A stretch of 64,000 nt of DNA from Candidatus Poribacteria bacterium (GCA_965205025.1 CBDBFU010000014.1:416147-480146); one strand, 5' to 3'. Shown: positions 1 through 10,650, numbered from the stretch's first letter. The notes: generated by a model from the sequence alone, not told the origin. Numbers and translations are program-made.

Positions 1-35
1 TACTGTATAAAATACCTCTAAGGTAATTAGTTTAT

Positions 36-1709
36 ATGGACATCGAAACAGATGATTCTGTAGTGAAATCCAATGATCCCTCAAATTGGGATACAGATGT
101 TCTAATTATTGGTAGTGGTGCTGCGGGATTGCGTGCTGCACTTGCTGCAAGTGAGTATGTAGAAGTTACACTTATCACAAAAACTACTCTCAAAGAAAGC
201 AATTCTATATATGCGCAAGGTGGTATTGCTGTAGCAATGAACATTGATGACACTGTAGACCTACATGTAGAGGATACCTGTAAGGCTGGTTGGGGGTTAT
301 GTGATGTAAAGGCTGTAGAGACTATGGTATCTGAAGGTATCATTCGTGTCTCAGAATTAGTAGACTGGGGAGCAAACTTTGATTGGGAAGGAACGCTACC
401 ACGTTTCACTCAAGAGGCCGCCCATAGTCGTAAACGAATTGTTCATAAAGGAGATGCAACCGGGAGAGAAACTACGGATGTTCTCATTCAAAGGGTTTTA
501 AACAATGATCGGATCCGTGTCATTTCTAACACATTTGCAACAGATTTCATTACATCCATAGAGAATAGTTCAAATGGTGAACAGAAAGTTTGTCATGGGA
601 TTTACGGAATTCTAAATGGTGAAATCAAGCACCTATTTGCTAAAGCTACTATTCTGGCTACTGGAGGACTCGGTAGAATTTACCCTTGTACTTCAAATCC
701 AGAAGTAGCTACAGGGGATGGGTTTGCGGCTGCATGGCGTGCAGGATGTAATATGATTGACATGGAATTTGTACAATTTCATCCAACCACCTTATATCTT
801 GACAATGCACCAAGTTTTCTAATTTCGGAAGCAGTTCGGGGTGAAGGAGGGAAACTTGTTAACATCATAGGGGAGCAATTTATGGACAAGTACCATGAAA
901 ATGGTGAACTTGCTCCGCGTGATGTAGTTAGTCGGGCTATTCAAAATGAGATGTGCCTAACTGGATTCCCGTGTGTTTACTTGGATATTACACATAAGTC
1001 TAAGGAATATATTATTGAAAGATTTCCAACAATTTATGAAACTACCAAGAAATATGGATTGGACATCAGTATAGATTTAATTCCAGTTAGACCTGGGGCA
1101 CATTTTATGATGGGTGGTGTACAAACCAATATTGAAACAGAGACGAATATTAAAGGTTTATATGCGTGTGGAGAAGTCGCTTGTACTGGGGTACATGGAG
1201 CAAATAGATTAGCAAGTAATTCTTTGTTAGAATGTCTGGTATATGGTGTTCGGGCTGGAGTTAATGCCGCAAAACACGCATCATCAATAAGGGCTTCAAA
1301 TGAATCTGAAATAGATTTAGAACCTGATGACCATACTCAAAAAGTTACTATCGAATCTGAATCAGATTTACAATCTGTGAAAGAAGCAATACGGGAGACA
1401 TTATGGGAGAACGTGGCAATCGAACGGAGTGAAAAAGGTTTGGAAATTACATTGCAGGATTTAGAAATTATTGGAACAGAAATAGGATATCATCCAGCAA
1501 CAACAAAATCTCCAATTACAAGCCACATTGAATATTATGAAACAATTAATATGCTTGTTACAGCATGGTTGATAACAAAAGCTGCACTCATTCGTACTGA
1601 AAGTCGTGGTGGACATTTCCGTTCTGATTATCCAGATCAAAATGATGATGACTGGTTAAATAGAGTTCTCTTGAATAAGGACTATGAACCAAAAATAGTG
1701 TGTTTATAG
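36..1709 (+). CDS. nadB: L-aspartate oxidase
   Basis: FAD motif IIGSGAAG, SIYAQGGIA, EFVQFHPT, LAPRDVVSRAI, GVHGANRLASNSLLE, ESRGGHFR. Confidence 0.93.
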   Translation: MDIETDDSVVKSNDPSNWDTDVLIIGSGAAGLRAALAASEYVEVTLITKTTLKESNSIYAQGGIAVAMNIDDTVDLHVEDTCKAGWGLCDVKAVETMVSEGIIRVSELVDWGANFDWEGTLPRFTQEAAHSRKRIVHKGDATGRETTDVLIQRVLNNDRIRVISNTFATDFITSIENSSNGEQKVCHGIYGILNGEIKHLFAKATILATGGLGRIYPCTSNPEVATGDGFAAAWRAGCNMIDMEFVQFHPTTLYLDNAPSFLISEAVRGEGGKLVNIIGEQFMDKYHENGELAPRDVVSRAIQNEMCLTGFPCVYLDITHKSKEYIIERFPTIYETTKKYGLDISIDLIPVRPGAHFMMGGVQTNIETETNIKGLYACGEVACTGVHGANRLASNSLLECLVYGVRAGVNAAKHASSIRASNESEIDLEPDDHTQKVTIESESDLQSVKEAIRETLWENVAIERSEKGLEITLQDLEIIGTEIGYHPATTKSPITSHIEYYETINMLVTAWLITKAALIRTESRGGHFRSDYPDQNDDDWLNRVLLNKDYEPKIVCL

Positions 1710-1774
1710 ATTCAATTTTGAATGGGATTATCAGTAAACCCCAATAAATAACATACTACTGAAAACCTAACTAA

Positions 1775-2014
1775 TACCATTTCTGGTAATTTAGGTCTCA
1801 TTAATAGAATCTCTTTAATGTAGCACAAACTTCCAGTTTGTGTAGTATTTCAAGACATAAACATTACCTAATACCATTTCTAATTGAAAACATCTCTTTT
1901 TTGTACCACAAACTTTCAGTTTGTGACCTGAAATGACTACCATAATAACCACCTAATGAGACAATAATTTATAGAAATGGTATAATCATGGGAAAATCAT
2001 TTATAGAAATAGTA
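1775..2014. mobile_element. MITE-like element (TACCATTTCT...AGAAATAGTA) with a second copy nested at 1872-1982
   Basis: Terminal inverted repeats at 1775/2014 and 1872/1982, each flanked by TAA on both sides; each copy carries a GTA(G/C)CACAAAC-N4-5-GTTTGTG hairpin; related copy at 40184-40294. Confidence 0.75.
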
Positions 2015-2037
2015 TAAGTATAAAGATCTTCTTGCAA

Positions 2038-2080
2038 TAAAAAAGTCAACAGGTGATTAGAAGAATTTACCTGTTGACTA
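2038..2080 (-). terminator. Intrinsic terminator for slt (possibly bidirectional)
   Basis: Stem AGTCAACAGGT / ACCTGTTGACT (2044-2079), with an A-run on + that reads as a U-tract on -; lies between convergent nadB and slt. Confidence 0.7.
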
Positions 2081-2098
2081 TATTTAATTGTGTTAAGA

Positions 2099-4345
2099 TT
2101 ATTCAGAAAGGTTGACTAAGATAGGACTACTACTTTCTTGATTAGATTTATCAAAGGCAGAATTTACGGCTGGTGCTTCAGATTGACCATAGATTTCAAT
2201 ATAGTTATCATAACTATTGATAACCTTTTTGATATGTAAACGGGTCTCTCTGATAGTAATCTTCTCAACGAATTCATCAATATCTTTTATCTGCTTTGAC
2301 TCCAACCATCGTTTCATCCGTCCTGGTCCGCCGTTATATGCACCAGATACCAACAAAGGATTGTTATCAAATAATGTATTTAGATAACCAATATACTTTG
2401 TTCCCATACGTATATTTATTTCAGGATCTTTTAACATGGAAGATCTAAATCTACGGATTTTTAACTGTCGTGCAAGTTCTCTACCAGTAGATGGCATTAT
2501 CTGCATTAAGCCAATAGCTCCTGCCCAACTAATTGCATCCCTACGGTATCTACTTTCTTCTAATATCATTGCAAATATTAAAGCCTTATCTACATTATAT
2601 TGCTTAGAATATTTAGTGACAAATTTGTCATAGTGTTGAGGATAAAGCCACCGACGAAGTTTCCCTAACTCCGAACTTGAATGTTGCTCAAAAGATGGAA
2701 TATCAAGGACCATATCCGCTACCTCTCTGGCTTTGTCATACATTGCTAAGTTCTCATAGGACATAATTAATGCAAAAAAGCAGACCGGATCAGGATTCGG
2801 GGTCAATGATATATGTCTGTTTAATAGGTAAATAGCATCCTCATACAGCCTTAATCCCATAAGTGGAAATACTTGTTCAGGACAAGCTTCCTGTACTGTC
2901 AACATAGCATCAGGAACTGCTTTTAGTACTAATTCTGAGTTTGTTATTCCTAAAATAGCTTTGGCACGAGCACTATAATACCAATAGCGTGCCTTAGCAA
3001 CTTCTGTAAATATTTTATGGGCAACTTCGGGTTGTTTTTGCCGTTCACGGATTTTTGCCATCCAAAAGTGCGCACCCATAGCATAACGATTATTAGGGAA
3101 GTTTTCTTTTAGTCCTTCAAATGCTTTATAACTTTCCTCATACTTCTTCTGATCAAAACGACGCCAACCAATACGCCAGGCAGCTAAGTCAGCATATTCT
3201 CCACCAGGATCAATTTCGATTAATCGTGAATAAGCATCTAATGCTAATTCTGTTTTCTCACGCTGTTCATAAATTTGGGCAATATCGTAAAGCGCATTGT
3301 CTGCCAATTCACTCCATGAATAGGTTTTCACGAAACGCTCAAGATGCTTAATTGCAGTTGTATGACTACCTTTTGCTCGATAGCATTGGGCAATTTGATA
3401 ATATGCCCGGGTTAAATACTCAGTTTTATCACCAAGACTTACAACTGAGTTATATTGTTTTAACGCAGTATTATACCATTTTCTACCATGGTTACTCTTC
3501 CCGATATAGTATAATGCTCGACCTTTTAGTCTTATGTTTGAATCTGTAGTAACAGGCATAAGTTCATTTATTGCTGATTTCCAACTACCCTGATAATAGT
3601 ATACTAAACCACAGTTTAATCGATCAGCGACAGTACGTACTATTGATTTATGACCATTATCAAGCATTATTAATTTTCCCAGAGCATCATCTGCTATTGA
3701 ATCAGTTTGGTTTTCTGAGAGAAGTTTCTGATGTAATTTAAATGCTGTTGAATATTGTTTCAATCCTTCTTCACATCTTGCCAAAGCATATGTCGCTCTT
3801 CTTTTATAATTGGGTTCATTTAAAATACCTAAAACGGTAGACTTAGCATCACTATACTGTTTCTGATCAAGATATAGATTGGTCAGATTCCATTTTGCGT
3901 CGATTAAGTAGTGACTTTTCGGATAATCCTTTATCAATTCTGAGTACCAACTGATTGCTTTTTCCTTATTATTCATTCTTTCGTATAGTTTAGCAAGTCG
4001 GAAAGCAGCACTATCTGCAAGGGGATACTTTTGTGTAATTGAGCGGACATAATTACCTACTGCTTTAGGTCTATTCTTTAGTTTTTCATATAAATATCCA
4101 AGTGAATGATGGACTTCAAGTTTTTCTTCCTTAGTAATGTTTGAATTCTTTAATATTTCTAATTGTGATATAGCTTGTTTTAGATTTCCTTTGTCAATAG
4201 ATGCAAAAGCATCCATCCATTGTTTACTTCGCCCCTCTTCTGCAAATGATATTGAATAGATGAATAGTATGGTAAATAGAAATATATATAATCCTATTCC
4301 TCTTTTGTGTTTTCTCAATGTATATACTTTAGCACAATATTGCAT
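2099..4345 (-). CDS. TPR-containing soluble lytic murein transglycosylase (Slt family)
   Basis: N-terminal hydrophobic signal, TPR helices, C-terminal SLT motifs EES, AIGLMQIMPSTG, AYNGGPG, ETR. Confidence 0.88.
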   Translation of the reverse strand: MQYCAKVYTLRKHKRGIGLYIFLFTILFIYSISFAEEGRSKQWMDAFASIDKGNLKQAISQLEILKNSNITKEEKLEVHHSLGYLYEKLKNRPKAVGNYVRSITQKYPLADSAAFRLAKLYERMNNKEKAISWYSELIKDYPKSHYLIDAKWNLTNLYLDQKQYSDAKSTVLGILNEPNYKRRATYALARCEEGLKQYSTAFKLHQKLLSENQTDSIADDALGKLIMLDNGHKSIVRTVADRLNCGLVYYYQGSWKSAINELMPVTTDSNIRLKGRALYYIGKSNHGRKWYNTALKQYNSVVSLGDKTEYLTRAYYQIAQCYRAKGSHTTAIKHLERFVKTYSWSELADNALYDIAQIYEQREKTELALDAYSRLIEIDPGGEYADLAAWRIGWRRFDQKKYEESYKAFEGLKENFPNNRYAMGAHFWMAKIRERQKQPEVAHKIFTEVAKARYWYYSARAKAILGITNSELVLKAVPDAMLTVQEACPEQVFPLMGLRLYEDAIYLLNRHISLTPNPDPVCFFALIMSYENLAMYDKAREVADMVLDIPSFEQHSSSELGKLRRWLYPQHYDKFVTKYSKQYNVDKALIFAMILEESRYRRDAISWAGAIGLMQIMPSTGRELARQLKIRRFRSSMLKDPEINIRMGTKYIGYLNTLFDNNPLLVSGAYNGGPGRMKRWLESKQIKDIDEFVEKITIRETRLHIKKVINSYDNYIEIYGQSEAPAVNSAFDKSNQESSSPILVNLSE

Positions 4346-4420
4346 TTTGCTTTCTATTCTCCCGATAAAAAGTAAAATAATACAAACATATAATTATATC
4401 CGTAGCTATATTTGTTTAGT

Positions 4421-4474
4421 AAATTACTCTAACTCCCTATTGTAACGAAATTACTCTAACATCCTATTGTAACG
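4421..4474. repeat. 27-bp tandem direct repeat, 2 copies
   Basis: AAATTACTCTAACTCCCTATTGTAACG / AAATTACTCTAACATCCTATTGTAACG. Confidence 0.85.
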
Positions 4475-4717
4475 ATAGTTTTAGACGAAAGACAACAGAA
4501 TTAGTTGATATTACTGTAATTTACCTAAGTTCATGGTTATTCTGTTTCATCAGTATGACTATAAATCTTTGAGTATAAATCTTAGAATTATCAGTAAATA
4601 CACATTTCTTCTTATCTATTGTATCATTAAACATACTGAGGATTCTTGAAATTGTTGTCAGTATTCTATAATTATGGTATACTTTACAATCAATTAGGTG
4701 ACACGGAGGATACCTCT

Positions 4718-5485
4718 ATGGAAATTGTTGCTCTCGGTAATACTGGTATAGATGTCTCACGACTTTCAATTGGTACTGGTTCAAACGGTTGGAATGGAAG
4801 ATCAAATCAAACTGACTTAGGATTAGAAGCTTTTCGAGATCTACTCCTTTATTCACACGAAAAAGGCGTTACATTTTGGGATTCTGCTGACCAGTATGGC
4901 AGTCATCAGCATATAAAAGAAGCCTTGAAGGAAGTTCCTCGAGAAAGTGTAACCATCACATCAAAGACGGTGTCAAGGACTCGTGAAACTGTTGAAGAAG
5001 ATATTAAACGGTTTCTAAAAGAAATTGATACGGATTATGTTGATATTGTCCTACTACACTGCCTTACACAGGTTGATTGGCCAAGACGTTATCCTGATGC
5101 TATGGAAGCACTTTTAAGGTGTAAAGAACAAGGGCTAATTCGTGCCCACGGTGTTTCATGTCACGATTTTGGGGCATTTCAAACTTCCTCTATGACCGAT
5201 TGGGTAGAGGTTGTTTTGGCAAGAATTAATCATTCCGGCGTACAAATGGATGCTTCTCCTGCTGATGTTATAAGAACAATGGAACATATGGCTAACGTTG
5301 GCAAAGGTATATATGGAATGAAAGTGTTGGGTATGGGTAAATTAGCCAAAGATTCAGAAAGCCAACGGGATGCAATTGAATTTGTAATGGAACTACCTTG
5401 TGTTCATGCAATGACTATCGGCATGACATCACAAGCAGAGGTCGATGCAAATGTAGCTGTTGTAAACGAATTATCTGATAAATAG
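4718..5485 (+). CDS. Aldo/keto reductase family protein
   Basis: LGNTGIDVSRLSIGTG, WDSADQYG, DYVDIVLLH; start moved to ATG 4718, which follows a GGAGG RBS. Confidence 0.85.
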   Translation: MEIVALGNTGIDVSRLSIGTGSNGWNGRSNQTDLGLEAFRDLLLYSHEKGVTFWDSADQYGSHQHIKEALKEVPRESVTITSKTVSRTRETVEEDIKRFLKEIDTDYVDIVLLHCLTQVDWPRRYPDAMEALLRCKEQGLIRAHGVSCHDFGAFQTSSMTDWVEVVLARINHSGVQMDASPADVIRTMEHMANVGKGIYGMKVLGMGKLAKDSESQRDAIEFVMELPCVHAMTIGMTSQAEVDANVAVVNELSDK

Positions 5486-5516
5486 AAGTAAAATAGTATC
5501 AATCGGATTTTGTATG

Positions 5517-5567
5517 TGCGCGAGATTCTCTACCAGTTATCTCTGAGTGGATTCTCGCGCAGTTTTT
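5517..5567 (+). terminator. Putative intrinsic terminator
   Basis: TGCGCGAGA...TCTCGCGCA stem followed by GTTTTT, downstream of the AKR gene. Confidence 0.55.
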
Positions 5568-5598
5568 CGCTATACCTCCCTTAAATGAGAATATTCAC

Positions 5599-7044
5599 AT
5601 GGATAAATATGAAATAGTTATCGGTTTAGAAATACATGCTGAACTTTCCACAGAAAGTAAGTTATTCTGTAATTGTGCATACACATTTGGTTCGTCGGCA
5701 AACGACTGCACCTGTCCTATCTGTTTAGGATTACCTGGAACTCTTCCTGTAATCAATAAACGTGCTATAGAATATGCTATACGGGCTGGTTTAGCAATGA
5801 ATTGTGAGATTACATCATATAGTAAATTTGACCGTAAAAACTATTTCTATCCAGATTTACCTAAAAACTATCAAATATCACAATATGACCTACCATTATG
5901 TCAGAATGGAAAGGTCAAGTTTGAACTGAATGGAGAAACAAAAACTGTTGCCCTCCGTAGAATCCACCTTGAGGAGGATGCAGGGAAATCTATCCATGCA
6001 GAAGTAACGGGAGATCCCACACGGAGTTTTATGGATTTCAATCGTGCTGGTGTACCACTCATGGAAATTGTGAGTGAACCAGAAATACACTCGCCTGAAG
6101 AAGCAATCGCCTACTGTCGTGCTGTTAAAGAGATCTTAGAATATATCGAAGTCAGCGATTGTAATATGGAGGAAGGGAGTTTACGATGTGAACCAAACAT
6201 CTCTCTGCGTCCACGTGGCAGTCAAGAATTGGGTACACGAACAGAAATAAAAAATAAGAACTCCTTTCAAGAGTTGATCGTAGCAATGGAATATGAGGTT
6301 AAACGACAGGCGCGAATACTTGACTCAGGTGGCAAGGTAGTACAAGAAACTCTGTTATTCGATGCGGAAACTGGGAAAACTGTAGCAATGCGTGGAAAAG
6401 AGGAAGCTGATGATTATCGTTATTTTCCTGAACCAGATCTTGTACACGTTCAAATTGATGAAGAATGGATTGATGAAATACAACCTTCTCTTCCTGAACT
6501 TCCTGCTATCCGAAGAAAACGGTTTACCGATGATTACAATTTAACACATGAACAAGTGGAATTCCTTACCGCTACACGCCAAATTGCTGATTTCTTTGAT
6601 GAAGCCACTCAATTGAGTGATAACCCTTCTATCTGTGCTAATTGGATAATGGGTGATATAAGTCGATTACTCAATAATGCTGAAATAGAAATACAAGATT
6701 CAAAACTTACGCCAAAACATCTAAATGAACTAATTCAACTAATCGAAGATAACACAATTAGTGGAAAGATCGCAAAATCTGTCATAGATGAGGCATTTGA
6801 AACTGGCAAATTACCCAAACATATAGTCGACGAAAAAGGATTATCACAGATTTCTGATACATCCGAACTTGAAGCTATCGTGCAGAAAGTTATTGAAGAT
6901 AATCCTGGACCGGCACAAGATTACAGAGATGGAACTAAAAAAGCAATTGGATTTCTCGTGGGGCAAGTGATGCGCGCAACACAAGGAAAAGCAAATCCAC
7001 AAGCAGTAAATCAAATTTTGGTAAAAAACTTGTCTATTGAATAA
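5599..7044 (+). CDS. gatB: Asp/Glu-tRNA amidotransferase subunit B
   Basis: IGLEIHAEL, FDRKNYFYPDLPKNYQISQ, RIHLEEDAGK, DYRYFPEPDL, GFLVGQVMRATQGKANP. Confidence 0.97.
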   Translation: MDKYEIVIGLEIHAELSTESKLFCNCAYTFGSSANDCTCPICLGLPGTLPVINKRAIEYAIRAGLAMNCEITSYSKFDRKNYFYPDLPKNYQISQYDLPLCQNGKVKFELNGETKTVALRRIHLEEDAGKSIHAEVTGDPTRSFMDFNRAGVPLMEIVSEPEIHSPEEAIAYCRAVKEILEYIEVSDCNMEEGSLRCEPNISLRPRGSQELGTRTEIKNKNSFQELIVAMEYEVKRQARILDSGGKVVQETLLFDAETGKTVAMRGKEEADDYRYFPEPDLVHVQIDEEWIDEIQPSLPELPAIRRKRFTDDYNLTHEQVEFLTATRQIADFFDEATQLSDNPSICANWIMGDISRLLNNAEIEIQDSKLTPKHLNELIQLIEDNTISGKIAKSVIDEAFETGKLPKHIVDEKGLSQISDTSELEAIVQKVIEDNPGPAQDYRDGTKKAIGFLVGQVMRATQGKANPQAVNQILVKNLSIE

Positions 7045-7052
7045 GGTTACCA

Positions 7053-7262
7053 ATGAATATATCAGAGTTAAAAGAAAAACTAATTGTGGTTAATCAGATG
7101 GGTTATGTTGTATCAAAGCGGAAAGGTAACACAGGAATTGGATACACACTTGAAACCTTGCTTGGTCTTAAGGAAAATAACCTAATAACACCTGATTTTG
7201 AAGATATTGAACTGAATTCAAATAGGAGAATTGTATCTAATTATAAGTTTCAGCGGTCTTAA
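7053..7262 (+). pseudogene. Truncated MvaI/BcnI-like restriction endonuclease (N-terminal fragment)
   Basis: RKGNTGIGYTLETLLGLKENN..PDF.DIEL resembles the MvaI/BcnI N-terminus; only 69 aa; directly upstream of an N4-C MTase. Confidence 0.7.
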
Positions 7263-8496
7263 ATACAATGATGAGTCATGGGATTTCCGGTCATCTAACA
7301 CGAAGGAATATACCCACTGTTTTCATTCCTATCCTGCAATGATGATACCTCAAATTGCAAGAAGGTTACTGAACCAATATGGTGTCGAAGGCGGATGGTT
7401 GTTAGATCCGTATTGTGGTACAGGAACATCTCTCGTTGAAGCATCAATATTTGGTATGCATAGTGTTGGATGTGATATTAATCCATTAGTTCGATTAATC
7501 GCCACTGCTAAATTGACCAGCATTTCCTTAGAACAACTTGATACAATACTAAATCAAGTTAATGATACTATATTTCAAATAACATTTGGAGCTGAAGACT
7601 TACCTGAATCCCCAATTCCAGACATTCAGAATATGGATTATTGGTTTTCTACTGAGGTAATCAAATATCTCGCCTATCTATTAGGAATGATTAATAAGAT
7701 TGAAAACGAAGCGGTACGAAATTTCATGACTGTTGCATTTTCTGAGACAGTTCGAGAAGTCTCTTATACCCGGACAAGTTCTTTTAAGTTGCACCGTATG
7801 CAACAACAGAAACTTAAGAATTATGATCCTGATGTCTTTGGTGTTTTTTCTAAGAAATTAAATAGGAACAGACAAGGTTTAGCAGAATATATTGAAATTC
7901 GCAAAGATGTAGAAGCATCTATTTGTGATGCCAATACAGTAAAAGGTGAACTTCCTCTACCACGGCCATTAGGAGGATATAACTTAGTAATTACTTCTCC
8001 ACCCTATGGTGATTCACAGACAACAGTTGCCTATGGACAATTTTCTCGACTTCCTGCAGAATGGCTTGGTATGGCTGACGCACGTAAAATCGATAAAATA
8101 GGAATGGGCGGTTATCACTATAAAGAAACATTATCTGATACACCCGTTACTAAAGCAATTGAAGAAATAAGATCTATTGATAAGAAACGTTCTAATGATG
8201 TTTCAGCATTCTATATAGATCTTAGCCGTAGTATCAATTCAGTTGCGAAAACACTTTCTAAATGTTCAACAATTTGTTATGTAGTTGGAAACCGTAGAGT
8301 TAAGGATATTCAATTACCAACTGACGAGTTTGTAGTATCTGCATTTAGCAAACATGGCTTCTCTCATAAGGAGACAATCGTTAGGAATATTCCAAATAAG
8401 AGGATGCCTGTGAAAAATAGTCCTTCTAATAATCCTGGTCAAACATCAACTACGATGCAAGAAGAATATATCGTTGTTTGCCAGAGAAAACCTTAA
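7231..8496 (+). CDS. DNA methyltransferase, N4-cytosine type (M.MvaI-like); start uncertain
   Basis: THCFHSYPAMMIPQIA, LDPYCGTGT (motif I), ITSPPYGD (motif IV), RNIPNKRMP. Confidence 0.85.
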   Translation: MYLIISFSGLKYNDESWDFRSSNTKEYTHCFHSYPAMMIPQIARRLLNQYGVEGGWLLDPYCGTGTSLVEASIFGMHSVGCDINPLVRLIATAKLTSISLEQLDTILNQVNDTIFQITFGAEDLPESPIPDIQNMDYWFSTEVIKYLAYLLGMINKIENEAVRNFMTVAFSETVREVSYTRTSSFKLHRMQQQKLKNYDPDVFGVFSKKLNRNRQGLAEYIEIRKDVEASICDANTVKGELPLPRPLGGYNLVITSPPYGDSQTTVAYGQFSRLPAEWLGMADARKIDKIGMGGYHYKETLSDTPVTKAIEEIRSIDKKRSNDVSAFYIDLSRSINSVAKTLSKCSTICYVVGNRRVKDIQLPTDEFVVSAFSKHGFSHKETIVRNIPNKRMPVKNSPSNNPGQTSTTMQEEYIVVCQRKP

Positions 8497-8498
8497 AT

Positions 8499-9644
8499 AT
8501 GTCCGATGGTCAGATTATCCTTACTTCTGTAACACAACAGTATGGTGATACTGTTGCAGTGGATAATATCTCATTACAGATTGAAGGTGGTGAGTTCTTT
8601 TCTTTACTCGGTCCAAGTGGATGCGGTAAAACGACAACTTTACGGATCATCGGGGGGTTTGTTTCCCCTTCAGATGGTGAAGTGTTTATCAACTCAATAC
8701 CGATGCATCAAATCCCTCCATACCGACGGCCAGTAAATACTGTTTTCCAAAATTATGCTCTATTTCCCCATAAAACAGTCGAAGAGAATATTGCCTTCGG
8801 TTTACAAATGAAGAAGGTTTCAAAAACAGAAATATCTGATGCTGTAGAACATTTTCTCAATCTAATTCGACTGCCTAATTATGGAAAACGAAAACCCAAT
8901 GAACTTTCAGGTGGCGAAAGACAACGGGTGGCTCTTGCCAGAGCATTGATAAATGAACCATCTATCCTCCTGTTAGATGAACCACTTTCGGCTCTTGATC
9001 TTAAACTCCGAAAACAGATGCAATTGGAACTAAAGGAGTTACAGCGTAAGGTAGGAGTTACTTTTGTATATGTTACCCATGACCAAGGGGAGGCATTAGC
9101 TTTATCTGATCGAATTGCTGTAATGAATGAAGGTAAGATCCTACAGGTAGGGACACCATCTGAAATTTATGATAATCCTCAGAATCGTTTTGTCGCAGAT
9201 TTTATTGGAACTACCAACTTTTTTAATGGAACGATAACTAAACTGGAAGACCATTATATAAAGATTCAAGCAAGAACTGCTTCTGTCTATATCCTTACGA
9301 GTAGTCTCCATAGGGATATGGAACTTAATGCATCCGTCACTATCGCTGTTCGACCAGAAAGAATAGATATCACACCTAAAAAGCATATAGATTCTCAAAA
9401 TTGTATAAACGGGGTGATACAAGATGTGAGTTATTTAGGCACCACACTTCAATATACTGTAATGACGGATTTTGACGATCCTGTGATTGTTAACAAACAA
9501 TGGCGAGGTAAGACTACCTCGCCAAACAATACTGATTCTGAAGATAATATCAATGAAGGAAATTTCACTTTCCAAATCGGTGATTCGGTCAATCTAACTT
9601 GGACACCAGAAAATGGTGTTGTGTTAAAAGAGGATTCTGATTAA
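8499..9644 (+). CDS. Polyamine-type ABC transporter ATP-binding protein (PotA-like)
   Basis: GPSGCGKTT, VFQNYALFPH, LSGGERQRVALARAL, TOBE-like C-terminus; start taken as ATG 8499. Confidence 0.88.
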   Translation: MSDGQIILTSVTQQYGDTVAVDNISLQIEGGEFFSLLGPSGCGKTTTLRIIGGFVSPSDGEVFINSIPMHQIPPYRRPVNTVFQNYALFPHKTVEENIAFGLQMKKVSKTEISDAVEHFLNLIRLPNYGKRKPNELSGGERQRVALARALINEPSILLLDEPLSALDLKLRKQMQLELKELQRKVGVTFVYVTHDQGEALALSDRIAVMNEGKILQVGTPSEIYDNPQNRFVADFIGTTNFFNGTITKLEDHYIKIQARTASVYILTSSLHRDMELNASVTIAVRPERIDITPKKHIDSQNCINGVIQDVSYLGTTLQYTVMTDFDDPVIVNKQWRGKTTSPNNTDSEDNINEGNFTFQIGDSVNLTWTPENGVVLKEDSD

Positions 9645-9649
9645 CTTCC

Positions 9650-10639
9650 TTATAATGGCAACTTAACTTTACCATTATCTTGTTGTTGGGATGTTAAGAA
9701 ACCGATTATTATCTGAACTACATTATACCCAGCAGTGGCAGGAGATACAGGTGTCCCACCTTCAGCAACCAATTTTACTGTTTCTCGAACACCAGCAGGA
9801 ATCCCAGTAATATCCCATGTAGGTGCTTCTATTTTCTCAACTGAATCTCCTTTATGTATGGTCGCAGCTTGGTCATTTATAAGAACATACCCATCTGTAC
9901 CAACAATTTCCGCACGGAATCCAGATGGAGTATTTTTAGGTCCCCCAGCATAATACCCTCTAACACCATTAGCAAAATGGATATATCCATGGGCAGAGGG
10001 TTCTGTTGCAGGATTGTGTCCCCCATCCCCTTTATATTCAGTATAATCTTCGTATCCGTCTTCTAATTCTGCAGAAACCCATTCCGGTTCTGAATCAGCA
10101 TAATAACAAATAGCATCAACACAATGTGTACCGTTTCGGAATAACATTGCGCGGCCACCACTTAGTGTGCCAATTACATAACGTACATCCCCAATTTGTC
10201 CACCGTCCACAACTTCATCCTTGGTATGTCTCCATAATGGTTGCCATCTACGAGTATGGTCAATTGACAGATATGTACCGTTCTTTTCAGATGCATCTAA
10301 CATTCTCTTTGCATCTTCAACTGAGGTAGCCATCGGTTTCTCACAAAAGATCCCTTTAACACCAGCATTTGCTGCATCAACAACAAGATCAGCATGACGG
10401 TGGTCGGATGTAGCAACTGTAACAATATCCAATTCCTCTTGTGCTAACATCTCCTTATGGTTGGTATAAAGAGATATATCACCCCAGTTCTCTTGATATT
10501 TCGCTTTAAATGCATCCAATGTGTTTTGAACAAAATCACAACCTGCAGCCAATTCTACGTTATCTAATCCAACTAATCCGGATGCGTGGGTTGTACCAAT
10601 ACCACTACAACCTATTACACCTACGCGTAATTTTGCCAT
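9650..10639 (-). CDS. Gfo/Idh/MocA family oxidoreductase
   Basis: VGVIGCSGIG Rossmann motif, IFCEKPMA, NGTHCVD. Confidence 0.88.
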   Translation of the reverse strand: MAKLRVGVIGCSGIGTTHASGLVGLDNVELAAGCDFVQNTLDAFKAKYQENWGDISLYTNHKEMLAQEELDIVTVATSDHRHADLVVDAANAGVKGIFCEKPMATSVEDAKRMLDASEKNGTYLSIDHTRRWQPLWRHTKDEVVDGGQIGDVRYVIGTLSGGRAMLFRNGTHCVDAICYYADSEPEWVSAELEDGYEDYTEYKGDGGHNPATEPSAHGYIHFANGVRGYYAGGPKNTPSGFRAEIVGTDGYVLINDQAATIHKGDSVEKIEAPTWDITGIPAGVRETVKLVAEGGTPVSPATAGYNVVQIIIGFLTSQQQDNGKVKLPL

Positions 10640-10650
10640 AATTTTCTCCT

